Shown here: one piece after another, positions 52,651 to 64,000 of the stretch | Numbering within the stretch: position 1 is the stretch's first letter | Layout: each line of letters opens with the position of its first letter | DNA from: Cirrosporium novae-zelandiae | Taxonomy: Eukaryota | Length of the DNA stretch: 64,000 nt | Direction of reading: 5' to 3' | NCBI GenBank assembly: GCA_026023565.1 | Contig: JAPETS010000010.1 | Location: 310,001-374,000, forward strand | Translations under genes and position numbers: made by a program | Notes under the pieces: model-generated | What the model was told of the DNA's origin: nothing | Databases searched by the model: none | The model's input: the letters and a program-made list of their open reading frames with translations, nothing else

Positions 52651-55104
52651 GAGTCTCCCTGGACCCATACCCTGCTTGCCATACTGAGTACACATTACAC
52701 AGACAGATACATAGGCAGACAGACAGACAGGAACCTTTTATCTCCCTCCCCATTCTCCATTCCCCTCCTCCCTTCATCTATTACTACAACTACCACAACT
52801 GCTACTACCACTACTATCATAACCACTACTGCCGTGAAACAAACAAACAGACCAAATCCTTGAACACACACATATATATATATGCAAATTAGCGATAGCA
52901 ATAGCAATATAGCTAGGATAATCCCTCTCTCTCTTTCAACAAACCCAACCCTAGTCCTAGTCCCTAGTCCCTAGTTCCAGGTCACACAAAGGTTTACGCT
53001 ACGAGGGGAGAGGGGGAGGCTTTTTTTCAACGTTTTGTGGTTTTATCGCCAGGATGGACCACATACTATACCATCGTATAGCATCCCGTTGAGTTTGCAT
53101 AATGTGGAGCTGTGCCGTGCTGTGCCGTGCTGTGAGTTGAGTGCGGTGCAGTGCAATATACGTAGAACAACAACACTAATGCCAAATGTGTGACCTGATT
53201 AATTACTAGGGAGCGAGTGCTCTTTGGGGAATCAAATCGAATAGAATTGAACCTAACACAGCAGGACTTGATTGGGGTTTAGACTATGGTATTTTGATGG
53301 GTGTGAGGTTTTTGGATGGGGGATGGGAATGGGAAGGGGAGGGGAGGGGATTGAGGGTTTTGGGGTTATAGGCATAAGCATAAGCAAGTTTGTTTTATGG
53401 ATGTATGTGTGTATGTATGTGTGTATGTATGTGTGTATGTATGTGTGTATGTATTTGTCGGATGGATGGCATAAATACTAGGTTGGGTTCGACTTTTAAG
53501 AGTGCTAATTTAATAGTGATTGGTCATATTGGTATCAGTGTTCTTCTTGTACGTGTATGTATGTATGTTACTAAATAGGCAAATACCTAATGCCTAATAC
53601 CAAATACTTAATAACGAACAAGTAATACCAATACCAGAAAAAAAACTCCCGTCATCGAGAGGAGAAGACCCTTTTCTCCCTTACCTACCATTATCACTAT
53701 AATCCATATCCTCTATTCCCCTCCTAGCTAGCTGCCTGCTTACTATAACTATAACAAAAAGAAAAAAAAATTAATCTATAGCATAGCATAGCATAGCATA
53801 GCATAGCATAGCATAGTATAAACTAGCTATCTAATATACCCCTAACACAACACCGCGCTAGGGAGGGTCTAGGGGGGGTATTCAGCTAGCCATTTGTAAT
53901 TTAGTGGGTGGTATGGAGGTCCATGTCGGGGGGGGGTTGTCTCGGGACGGAAATGGGGTAGATGTGAATGGGTGGATGGGCGGGTTTGGGGAGGAAGAGA
54001 GGGGAAGGGAAAGAGATGTTGGGATTTGGTGATTTGGATATTTGGTTATTGGTGGGATAGATAGCTATTTATTCCTCTAGCAAGGAGGAGGAGGGGAGTA
54101 CGTAGATATATAGATACAAGTATCCACATTCCCATTTTACATTTTACATTTACATTTACACCCAGGGTCTAAAGCTAGACCCAGAGCTAGAGTTAGATGT
54201 CTAGATATTCTTTTTAGCTTCGAAAGGTCGAAGGGGGGAGGGGGGGAGATGCGTATATATTCTCTATCCTTTTTTCTTTTTCTTTTTGGAAGGAGGGAGG
54301 GATTTTTTTTGGTATTTTTATATTTTATATTTTGAGTGGGTAGTCTGGAGATATAGTTTAGTTGTTGTTGTTGGTCTGCTACTTTTTTTTTTCATCTACT
54401 ATGGGAAAATGTATTGAGTGTCGGATATCGAATTTGATTTTTCTTTTTTTTACATATTTTTTTCTTTATTCTCTTCTCCTTTATCTTTTTTTGGGATGAA
54501 AGGTGGGAGATAGAAAAACAGGGAGAATGTAAATGCATTTATCCATTGATTGCTTTTATTTTTTTTTGTATTGTTAGGCTAACTAAGTACCAGTTCCAAC
54601 TTGAAGAAGGTGAAGAAGTTTGAAAATTTTGGGATGTGGATCTGATTTTGATTTCCCTATTTTTGGGGGGGATGGGATGAACATCATGAAGGTAGATTTC
54701 TTTTGTGTTCTTTTCTTCTTCAAGAAGAAAGAAGGAGAAAGATAAAAGAGGTGGGGATTGAAGATCATTGCCATGATTCATGAACAGAACATTCATCGCT
54801 AAAAAGGAACTCATCTTTTTTTTTTTTTTTTTGGTTTTTTCATGTTTCCAGTTCTTTTTTGCGCTTGAAGAATGGGGGAGGGGGTTAAACTATCTCATTT
54901 GGAAATCCGAAAATTGAAGACAGACAAATGAACAGGCGAACAGGCTAACAGGCGAAAAAGGGTAAGATGAAATAAAAGAAAAAGAGGAATGGGATGACAT
55001 GTGGAAGGAATGAGGGCTGGAGGCCTCCCAAGTCGTGTCTTTGGTCTCTGGTAGGATAGGTTCCAGCTACGTTCCAGATTGAAAGTCGACTGGCTGAGGG
55101 ATCT

Positions 55105-56723
55105 TCAGAGCTCGATATGCACGCCGGTATGAAATTCGCATCTAATGGGTTGGATGTTAGTTAGCCACCGTACGGAAACTAATTATTTTTGGGGAACCCT
55201 TACGGATCCATTGCGAATTGAATATTACAGCTCTCAAAGTCATCGTGTGTTGCGAGGGTGCTTTTCGCTAGGTAGGCGTTCTGGATAGTGGTGAAGCGGA
55301 TAGTGAGGACGCGGCGCTGTGGAGAAATGGGAGATATATATTAGTTATTTGAGGTATTTTCAGCGGAGAGGGGAGGGGTTTTCTTACCCCCAATCCACCG
55401 ATAATCATATCCATCATCTTCTCAACATTCCATTTCTCTACTAGCTTATAGATAACAGGAACACTATAGCTAGAATCAACACCAATAATGCGGAGGCAGC
55501 GTGTGGCGCCCTTCTGCAGCATCTCTTGCAATTGGCCCGAGATGGGGGTCACATCGGTCTGACTCTGGACGTAGATGACGTGGTCTTTGACCTTCACGCC
55601 GTTGGCGGTAGCATCCGAATACTTTTTGCATGCTTCTGGAGAAACGAATATAACCTCGGCGAGAGTGGAAGGGCTATCTGGGTTTTTGCGTGGCACGACT
55701 CTGACGCTTTCGAGTTTGCCGAAGAAGACGGCCGACTGGATAAAGGTGGGGGTAGAATTCTCTGGGATTTCTAAGAACACTTTGCGTATTTCTGCGGCTT
55801 CAAGAGGTGAGTATTGAAATGACATAATGATGAGGTGGTTGCCATCATAAAACTCCAAGGCCCCATCGTGAGCCCAAATGACATAGAGTAGCGGCTTGTA
55901 ATGATGGTAAGAAAACATCTCAAGACTTACGTGCTGTAAGGCGACCTTTAGGACTGGGCCAGCTGTCAAAGCTAAGCTTATTTTCGCGATCCTCCTTGGT
56001 TTCAACACTTTTTGGTTCTGGAGCGCGAGGCTTTGAAGGACTGCTAGGCACACTTAGTTGTTGCTTGAACTGTTGTTGTATTGCAGCATCTTCCAGAGCC
56101 TGGCTGACAAGCGCCGGGAAGTTCGTGCCTGGTGTTGTTGCCTCTATAGGAGTAGCTGCCCTGGCTTCTGTGACTGCGCTCTCTGGCTTAGCTATAGTCT
56201 CTGGAGTAGGTTCTGGGTCAGCTGTAGGAGTTGGAATGATAGGTTGAGGTGAATTCTGGATAGTTGTGATCAGTTAGAATCTTTACTTTCCCTCTCCAAA
56301 TGATGTATATTTTTATATCTCGTTTGGTGTTGCTTACCTGGGAGCCATCTCTGCTCTTATAATTATTACTGCCCCTACATTTCCCAGCCCGCATAGCAGC
56401 GAGGAAATCTTCGTCTGAATAGACCATGGTGTGAGTATGATCAAAAGGTTCAGACTGGATTAATGTTTCTAGGATTGGTTGTTTTGTTAGTCTGAGTCTG
56501 ATTTATGTAATGTGCAGTGGGCTATAAACATGTGTGAACTAAGTGATGTAGAAATTGTATTGAACACAGCAAATAAGGGGATGAGGGGGTTTTAATGTAA
56601 AAGAAGAGGCCCTTGTTTACCTTTTGTACGAGTAGCCCACCGAGAATCACCTAGGTCGCTTGCCTGGCAACCTTGAAGTTTGATCAGTGAATCAATGATC
56701 TCGGCTTGGATGTTGTCGGACAT
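55105..56723 (-). CDS. Uncharacterised protein with two divergent RRM-like domains; exons 56723-56621, 56468-56338, 56255-55931, 55797-55388, 55316-55204, 55141-55105
   Basis: Five GTAA..AG introns all splice in phase to give one ORF: IRKVFL..VFFGKLESVRV..AEVIFVSPEACKKY..GATRCLRI..IRFTTIQNAYLAK..CNIQFAMDPC. The N-terminus carries a DLGDSRWA motif. Confidence 0.8.
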
Positions 56724-57346
56724 GATTCTTTGATCTTTGATCCCTTTAAAGTTTTCTAAAAACTGGGATGGCGTATTCCGGAAAGGCACGTCGCTATGCA
56801 TGCTGTGATCTAGCCTGTATGAGTGAAGGTTGTCGTTTTGAATCAGATTGTCAACAACTGAACGGAAGACGTGAGAGATTGACGGCTGGTGAGGTTTCCG
56901 TACACTTTCTTTCATGAAACTTTTGACCGTAAAGTCTTTTGTACTTGATATGATGGATAAATGAGACGAGGCTACGCTATTAGATAAGGAGTGAATATCA
57001 AAGACGTAGGGTATGGTTTGAGCATTTGTTTTGGAGACTGAGAATTTGATTCAGTACAGATAAATGAAAAGATTGATAAAAACAGTCTCATAATATGGGT
57101 ATCAGACATGAACAATGTGAAGACTTAAATGCACAACACACAATACACTGTGCCATCTAGATCTGGAAGGCCCGATCGGGTTAGAAGCACTCACCCCTAA
57201 GCTGTGAAATATCTGGATAGCCACCAAAAGAAAAGTACCAAACCAGTTGCTTCTGCAAACGCCAGACCATCTCCAATGACCACCTCCATCAAACTAAATT
57301 CCCAACGCCGCGCTTTAAGGTATCCATAACTCATAGAAAGAATAGC

Positions 57347-59065
57347 TCAATTATCATCCGAATCATTTGGTACCGGCAACATTTCCCACATCTTTTCCCC
57401 TTCCTTTGGATCCTCTTTTATAACCTGAAGAAACCTCACGCCACAAAACCCACCAGTTCCTGCCACCCTCTCAACAGTTTGAAATGCCCCACCAGCAATA
57501 CTCTTACGGTCTTCTACCCAGACCTTCTCGTAGACGACTTCTCCTTTAATCTCAGCTCTGCGTGCATTAAGTCGTGGCAGACCCACAGCATGGTTTAAGA
57601 TGTTGTGGATGATTGAGTAAAGCCGCTCGAAACGTCGAGTAAAGCGAAGCCAGGAGTGTGTTCGACTCGTATAGGCGACTCTGACATATGGGTTCATATA
57701 GATGCCTGTATCTACCATCTTCTCGTCCCGTTTTGGTGGTTCCTGAATATCGGCATGGATTAGGCAGCATTCAGATGCATCCCAGTAAAGATCAGGTTCA
57801 GAGCGAAATCGCGCAGGAGGGGATGCGTGTTGAGAATTCATGGATGGCATAGTATCCAGGTTACTCCAATGCCAATGGAGATTTCTATCGGACTCCGAGC
57901 CATAACCAATGCTTTCCTCGGGCGAAATATCACTGACGTTGCGACCCTCCCCCTGGAAATAGTTCGCATCAAACGCAACCATTCCACCCCAGCAGCTTCG
58001 CACCCTCACAGCATCCTTTTGGTTGAGAACATCTTGTCGGCTCTCCCCATCACCAGAACTGGAAAACCAAGGATAGAAAGGTATTCCCATACTATAACCT
58101 TCCAAATCTCGTGTAGCGAATGTATCATAGAACTTAAAAGCATTGATAAAATCCACGGCACAAGCTGCCCGGTAGTCCGCTCGACCCCCCTCAGCATGCG
58201 TCGAGAAAAGGAGCTGCGCTGCATCGACTGGGTCAAAAATGATATCATTGAGGTATAAAAGCTTATCGAACTGCACTAGGGAGCGCCCGTCCAAGGCTCG
58301 AAGAGCTCTGTTGCGGACTTCCGCCAGGTAAGCAATGCGCTTGACCCGTTTTGAACCATCAGGTAGGATGATATGCGCGACATCATCAATTGACATATCA
58401 TCCTCGTGTAGGATAGAATTATTACATGTTACTTGCAGCTTGAACCTATCAAGTGCAGCTTTTGCGACCGGTTCTTTGCAATTCTCGTAAATGCTCAGAA
58501 ATACATTGTCTTCGCCTAGAAGATCAATGAGATCCAATACACCCCTCCCCCAGGCTCCATCTACCAATTCTCCATCAGGATCATAGATACTAGCTGCAAT
58601 GAAGACCTTTTCGTTGTTGATATTTGCACGTCCATGAGTATCTGAACTCGAAACCCGCTTCTCAAGTTCTTTGTAGTGTTCAGGGGGGTTGGTGTATGAA
58701 GGGCGAAACAATCCAGCAAAAGTAATCAGGGTGACGACAACCGTAAGGAATATCTGGACAATCAGCCAGAGATAGCGTAAGAAAGAGCGTCGTTGCCAAA
58801 ATCGCCGTCTGCTCGCCCTTGTCTCGTAGAGTTGGCTAGGAAATAAAGGAGTGTAATGATATAGGGTTCGACCGAGGCGATGTGGATATAAGGATCTGAG
58901 CCAGACGAGAAATGGTGGGCGACGTTGGTAGGTAGATGAGATATAAGGCTTCTGGCACTCGAAGTCGGCTTGGTCGAGGTCAGCCCCGTTGTCCTGGGAA
59001 AAGGATGGATGAGCTAGAAGCTCATGTTCTCCAGAGTGACTTAACATCCTTGGGCGTGGGGTCAT
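57347..59065 (-). CDS. Glycosyltransferase family 69 (CAP59/CMT1-like alpha-1,3-mannosyltransferase), type II membrane protein
   Basis: TM segment near the N-terminus; NVFLSIYEN, RIAYLAEVRNRAL, LLYLNDIIF, FYDTFATRD, VRSCWGGMVAF and ASECCLIHAD. Confidence 0.92.
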   Translation of the reverse strand: MTPRPRMLSHSGEHELLAHPSFSQDNGADLDQADFECQKPYISSTYQRRPPFLVWLRSLYPHRLGRTLYHYTPLFPSQLYETRASRRRFWQRRSFLRYLWLIVQIFLTVVVTLITFAGLFRPSYTNPPEHYKELEKRVSSSDTHGRANINNEKVFIAASIYDPDGELVDGAWGRGVLDLIDLLGEDNVFLSIYENCKEPVAKAALDRFKLQVTCNNSILHEDDMSIDDVAHIILPDGSKRVKRIAYLAEVRNRALRALDGRSLVQFDKLLYLNDIIFDPVDAAQLLFSTHAEGGRADYRAACAVDFINAFKFYDTFATRDLEGYSMGIPFYPWFSSSGDGESRQDVLNQKDAVRVRSCWGGMVAFDANYFQGEGRNVSDISPEESIGYGSESDRNLHWHWSNLDTMPSMNSQHASPPARFRSEPDLYWDASECCLIHADIQEPPKRDEKMVDTGIYMNPYVRVAYTSRTHSWLRFTRRFERLYSIIHNILNHAVGLPRLNARRAEIKGEVVYEKVWVEDRKSIAGGAFQTVERVAGTGGFCGVRFLQVIKEDPKEGEKMWEMLPVPNDSDDN

Positions 59066-59811
59066 AGTGGATATAGATTGAGTGGAGTTTTTGGATTTTT
59101 CATATAACCATGCCTACCATCATCCGGCGAGACATCTTCTTCAATTAGAAGATGTTGCTCGAAGATATTGATAGTGGGCGCAGCCATTTGGGTACTTTTT
59201 GTGTAGTTGGCTACCAGGGCCCTGTCACCCTGTCATAGTTACGGGTCCTAAGGACTGAGCGGTACTGAGCTTTGTCTTAGATTTTTTCTGCCAAGCGTCT
59301 AGAAGGATAAAAGCTTTTAACTGTAGCCTACGGTACGCATACGAGTACCAATTACACTTTACGATCCCTGAAATACTCAGAAACCCTTTTCCAAGTCAAC
59401 GTGGCCGCCCCATCCTCCGTGAAAGGCTTTGCTTTTTAAAGGGGTAAATCTTCCGGTTTGGTCCAGTTTGAAGTTTATGCATACATTGATTACCGCAAAT
59501 ACAGTTAGTCATCCGACAGGATACACGTATTCGAGTACTCGCTCGGGGTGTGAGGGGCAACGGGATTCCGATGCTTGCAGCTTGCAGCTTGCAGCCTGCA
59601 GCTTTACCGCCCTGCCTACCACACCCGCTTACCCCAATTTGTCATACAGTCATCCCCACACGAACCCATAAATATCTACTGTACAAAGTACAGTCAGTAC
59701 ATGGCAATTACTGGTGACTGCTGATGCCTAAAAGTAGAAAAAAACCGGAAACCCAAATGTTTCATAAAAATTTTAAACTGTATTTATACAGTACTTGTAC
59801 ATAATAATTCA

Positions 59812-61495
59812 TCATCCTTTATATTTACCAAAGCAAAGTGTTGCATTCGTTCCCCCAAACCCAAAACTGTTGGATAATGCCACGTTGACTGTTTGCTCCT
59901 GGGCCGTATTGGGGATATAATTACAGTCAAACTCCTTATCCAAGTACTCTATGTTTAAAGTCGGTGGGATAATGTCCTACAAGAATTATCAAAATTGTCC
60001 ATCTGAAGAAAACAAAAAAGGAAAGAGAATTGCTCACGTTATGTACGGCTAAAATAGTGAAGACGGCCTCGACAGCACCAGCAGCCCCCAAGAGATGACC
60101 AATAGCACCTTTTGTGCTACTTATATTGACTTCGGAAGCCTTGAATTTTCCATTGGGACCTAGTAGCACGGACTTGATGGCTTGGTTTTCCGCTGCATCC
60201 CCTAACGGTGTAGATGTCGCATGGGCATTGACATAGTCAACCGCACTTGGCGGAAGTTGTGCATTCCTCAGTGCCTTATGCATAGCTATTGCTGCACCTT
60301 TGCCGCTTTCAAGCGGAGCGGTCATGTGATTTGCATCAGCAGAACTTCCATAACCCTTAAGTTCTGCATATATCCTAACTCCACGGGCTCTTGCATGTTC
60401 CAGTTCCTATGTCCATGTGAGTGGGAACACTTTAGTATAGTAGATAGGAAGAATACAAACTTCAAGAACCACGACCGCTGAACCCTCTCCCATCACGAAC
60501 CCACACCGATCCCTATCAAATGGTCTTGAGGAAAGGTGAGGCGCATCATTAAATTCTGTAGCTAAACTCCTTGATCTGGCAAAGCCTGCAATGGCTAAGG
60601 GATGAATGACTGATTCCGCACCTCCTGCTACCATCACGTCCGAGTCCCCGAAAGCTATGAACCGTCCAGCATCACCAATCGAATGGGCTCCTGTAGTGCA
60701 CGCCGTTGTTACCGCATGATTAGGTCCCTAGTCACTTAGCAATGAACGGACAACGCAAAACAGATGTTGGCCTTAGCCTACCATGAGTCCATATTTCATA
60801 GAGATATGTCCAGCCGCCAAATTTATGAGAAGCCGTGGAACGAAAAGAGGAGAAACCTTCTTATATCCCTTTAGGGCAATGTCAATCACTATCCCAAAAC
60901 AGGCTTGGAGTCAACTCACACCTTTGTCGAAAGCTACTGAGGTGTCATAAACATCGTCAAGGCTTCCAATTCCTGAGCCTAGACATACACCCTGAATCTG
61001 TTAGTTTAGGTGGTGAATTCTCCTATTCGAAATAAATACAGTTGCTTTACGATCAGTATCCGTAGACGGTTTCCATTCAGCATCAAGGAGCGCCTCTTCC
61101 GTTGCAGCCATGGAGTATTGTGTAAACTTTGCCATCTTATGCAGCTCCTATTTTGAATTAGTATCCAGGTTGAGGACTTGACGGGCCTACAAGAAAGGTA
61201 AACAAACGTTTCGGCTCAACCATTCTGCGGCAGTCCACCCCCCGTCAATAGATAGGCCTTGAGGGACTGTTCCAGCAATTTGACATGGCAGCGTGGCAAA
61301 TCTTGAATCTCTTTCCTTGATAGAGACTATTCCACAATCTCCGTTTAAGAGCCGGCGCCAGGATCGCCGAATTCCTATGAAATAAAATAAACAGTTGGTT
61401 CTTATAAAAGGCGAATCCTTCAGAGTTGAACCCCACAACTTACCAACTCCAAGGGGAGTGATGCCTCCCAAGCCAGTAACCACTACTCTTCGCAT
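59812..61495 (-). CDS. CEM1: Mitochondrial 3-oxoacyl-ACP synthase (FabF type), 8 exons
   Basis: [34 protein letters not shown] (catalytic Cys), [29 protein letters not shown] and [13 protein letters not shown]. Seven GT-AG introns splice in phase. Confidence 0.96.
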
Positions 61496-61806
61496 TGCAT
61501 CATGTCTAATAGTTTAAATAGAAGTAGAATGGCCAAATTATTTGTATTATCTCTCAATACTGTGTATAAGTATCCGAAATAGCTTTGAAGAATTAAGGTA
61601 TTGGAAATGATGTCGTTCTGCCAGCCGAAAACGGAGAAGAATCCTTGTAAATTCTCTTATCATCTCGATAAGCACTCGGTCAATTACGAAGAAAGATGAG
61701 CAAAAGCATCTGATTTTAAACACACAATAATATTTAAAGAATTCAAAACTGTTGCTGCCGTTTTGGTTCTGTAGTCATTATTTCTCGACTACTGTATTCC
61801 GCGGTA

Positions 61807-63182
61807 ATGATTTGGAACGTGTTGCACTTGAGCCTTCTATCAGGCCTTCTTTTGTTTGTGGGGTTTGGGTATGGCAAAGGTTCTCAAGAGGATTTAGAAA
61901 AGAAATGGGGTTTTGAGGAAAGTATCCATAATCGGCTATCTACAATATTTCATTATACTGACGTGCCCGCAGTGGGGTTTCTCTGGAATCTCTACATTCG
62001 CACATTTAGAGCACATCAAGTGTCTCACCAACACCGATACGCCTTTTGACATTGCACTCATTGGCGCGCCTTTTGATACTGCAGTATCGTATCGACCAGG
62101 TGCCAGATTCGGACCCAAGGCTATCCGTGCAGCCAGCGCAAGGTGAATAGAGACCATACCTATTTTTAGAGAGAGTATGCTCATAGCATAACAGACAAAC
62201 ATCTTTCCGTGGATTTAATGCCCGTGCCGGCCTGAATCCATACACCTCATGGGCAAAAATCATTGACTGTGGAGATATACCCATAACTCCCTTTGATAAT
62301 GAACTAGCTCTTCGCCAAATGAGTGAAGCATATATTGAACTGGGAGCCCACCCTTCCACCAATAAAGTCGGAAAGCCGAAGCTTATTACTCTTGGGGGTG
62401 ACCATAGCATTGCTCTGCCTGCGCTGAGGGCCCTGCAGAATATATACGGGCAATCAGTTGCGGTGCTGCACTTTGATTCTCATCTTGGTATTTGGTTACC
62501 ATAGTCTCACACGAAAATAAACCTAACTGACTATGGGCTCCAGATACATGGCATCCTGCAAAGTATCCTTCGGTATGGGAATCTCGTCAATCGGATTTCA
62601 ACCATGGAAGGTACTCGATCCACTCATTTCATGGCAACAACTATTTTGGCTGACCCATTTAGTATGTTCTGGATAGCCTCCAATGAGGGTCTTATCCTTA
62701 ATGGATCATCTGTTCATGCTGGCCTCCGTACTCGTTTATCCGGTGATGGCTGGGACGACTATGAGGACGATGATCGTCAAGGATTCCTTCGAATCTCTGC
62801 AGATGACATCGACGATCTCGGAACGGCTGGAATAATATCCTCTATACTTGAGCGTATTGGAACAGAAGTTCCTGTCTATCTCAGTATTGATATTGATGTT
62901 ATTGACCCAGGATTGGCACCGGGAACCGGCACACCAGAACCAGGTGGGTGGACAACCAGAGAACTTATCAAAATTCTGAGAGGTATCGATAAATTGAACG
63001 TTGTTGGGGCGGACATAGTGGAAGTAGCACCTAGCTATGATGGACCAGGCGAGGTCACTGCCCTTGCCGGTGCTCAACTCGGCTTTGAGCTTATAACAAG
63101 CATTGTCAAACGTGGCATCATTGATGGTGCATTAGATGGGCTCCTGAAGCCAGAGGCTGAACCTGGGAAGGATGAGTTGTAA
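61807..63182 (+). CDS. Agmatinase/guanidinobutyrase-type ureohydrolase with N-terminal signal peptide and C-terminal KDEL, 5 exons
   Basis: [61 protein letters not shown] and DIVEVAP metal-binding motifs; ends GKDEL*. Confidence 0.93.
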
Positions 63183-63619
63183 GGACAAAAATCCTGACAT
63201 GGAGGAAACAAACATATTTTTAGTGAAATATCCTACATATTAGCAGCCAAAAATAGGAGTTCCAAGGGTAGCAAAAGATGAGAGATTGGTCAAGACCTTT
63301 AGCCACATGGGTATGGCACTTCATTGGAAATTCTCGCTACCAAACGCGCCGGGTACTATAGAAAAAAAAATCTGTGCCCGCTAACCCCAGCACCCGACAA
63401 GAAGTTCCTTCTCCGGAACGCCTCTTAAAACCTGCCGAGCCAGATTGACAGACTGGTTCTTATCATTTAGAAATTCAAATCAAGTATCATGACCTCGATT
63501 CTCATGAGGGCAGAAGCTAACAGATAGGGTATGTGCATTGTGGAAGGTTCATTGTGGTAACCAACCACTAAGTAAACGTATCTGCATCCACTTGACACCG
63601 AGTCACGGAACGCAGATGA

Positions 63620-64000
63620 TCATAGCAACACACACTTTTTATGTGGCTTCTTGACTTGAGGAGGCTCAAGTGCGGCGACAATGGCCTGCGTTATGCAATT
63701 AGTAAAGTGTAACATCTTCGGGAGATTTATGTGAATACCTCATCGAAGACGTCTTTCAGCTTGTATTGGGTTAATGCAGAACATTCCACGTATTTTACAG
63801 CACCCAGATCCTTAGCCATGCGTTCTCCATCTTCCTTCCTAACTGGTTGCATCTTCTGCTTTGCGAGCTTCTCTTTCACACTTGCATCGTCACGTAAATC
63901 GACTTGAGTGCCAACAATCAAGCAAGGTACTCCGGGACAGTGGTGATGAACTTCTGGAAACCACTTTTCGCGAACATTTTCGAAGGAAGCCGGCGATGTT
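63620..64000 (-). CDS. CDC42: Rho-family GTPase Cdc42 (5' part lies outside the window); exons >64000-63739, 63685-63620
   Basis: [32 protein letters not shown] (the TQxD is Cdc42-specific), [18 protein letters not shown] and CaaX CVLL*. Confidence 0.97.

Noticed and set aside
52357..52907. Poly-Leu/Ser/Lys/Arg ORFs (also at 12487-12748)
   Set aside because: Translations of CTT/AGT/AAG microsatellites.
57347..61495. Ketosynthase next to a glycosyltransferase as a possible secondary-metabolite cluster
   Set aside because: The KS is a stand-alone mitochondrial FabF-type CEM1 and its neighbours are housekeeping genes.
1..64000. Transposons, RIP relics, tRNA/rRNA genes, CRISPR arrays
   Set aside because: No transposase or RT motifs, terminal repeats, cloverleaf A/B boxes or repeat-spacer arrays seen by eye; the AT-rich islands are simple-sequence rather than TE-derived.

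Overview
Gene-dense eukaryotic DNA from a filamentous ascomycete (Pezizomycotina). This is inferred from short 45-150 nt GT-AG introns with CTRAC/CTAAT branch sites and from the protein content. I reconstructed 20 protein-coding genes by hand-splicing: TBP (5' truncated), a Gds1-like winged-helix protein, OMS1, a sarcosine/pipecolate oxidase, SEC11, NDC80, PEX14, SRP72, an Ecl1-family protein, VPS72, JSN1/PUF, cytosolic AsnRS, a Nrd1/Mrn1 four-RRM protein, IWR1, a small Myb-like protein, a divergent two-RRM protein, a GT69/CAP59 mannosyltransferase, CEM1, an agmatinase/guanidinobutyrase and CDC42 (5' truncated). Several large low-complexity, microsatellite-rich intergenic islands separate them. 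I found no transposon, tRNA, rRNA, CRISPR array or secondary-metabolite cluster, and no clear multi-gene novel system. The most interesting observations are: an apparent non-canonical GA-AG intron in a signal-peptide/KDEL ureohydrolase; a 7-nt PEX14 micro-exon; recurrent C-rich to G-rich skew switches that run into coding sequence; a four-hairpin, H/ACA-like element downstream of TBP; an overlooked three-exon Myb-like gene; and recognisable CpcA/Gcn4, FarA and GATA promoter sites. All product calls come from recognising motifs by eye, not from database searches.
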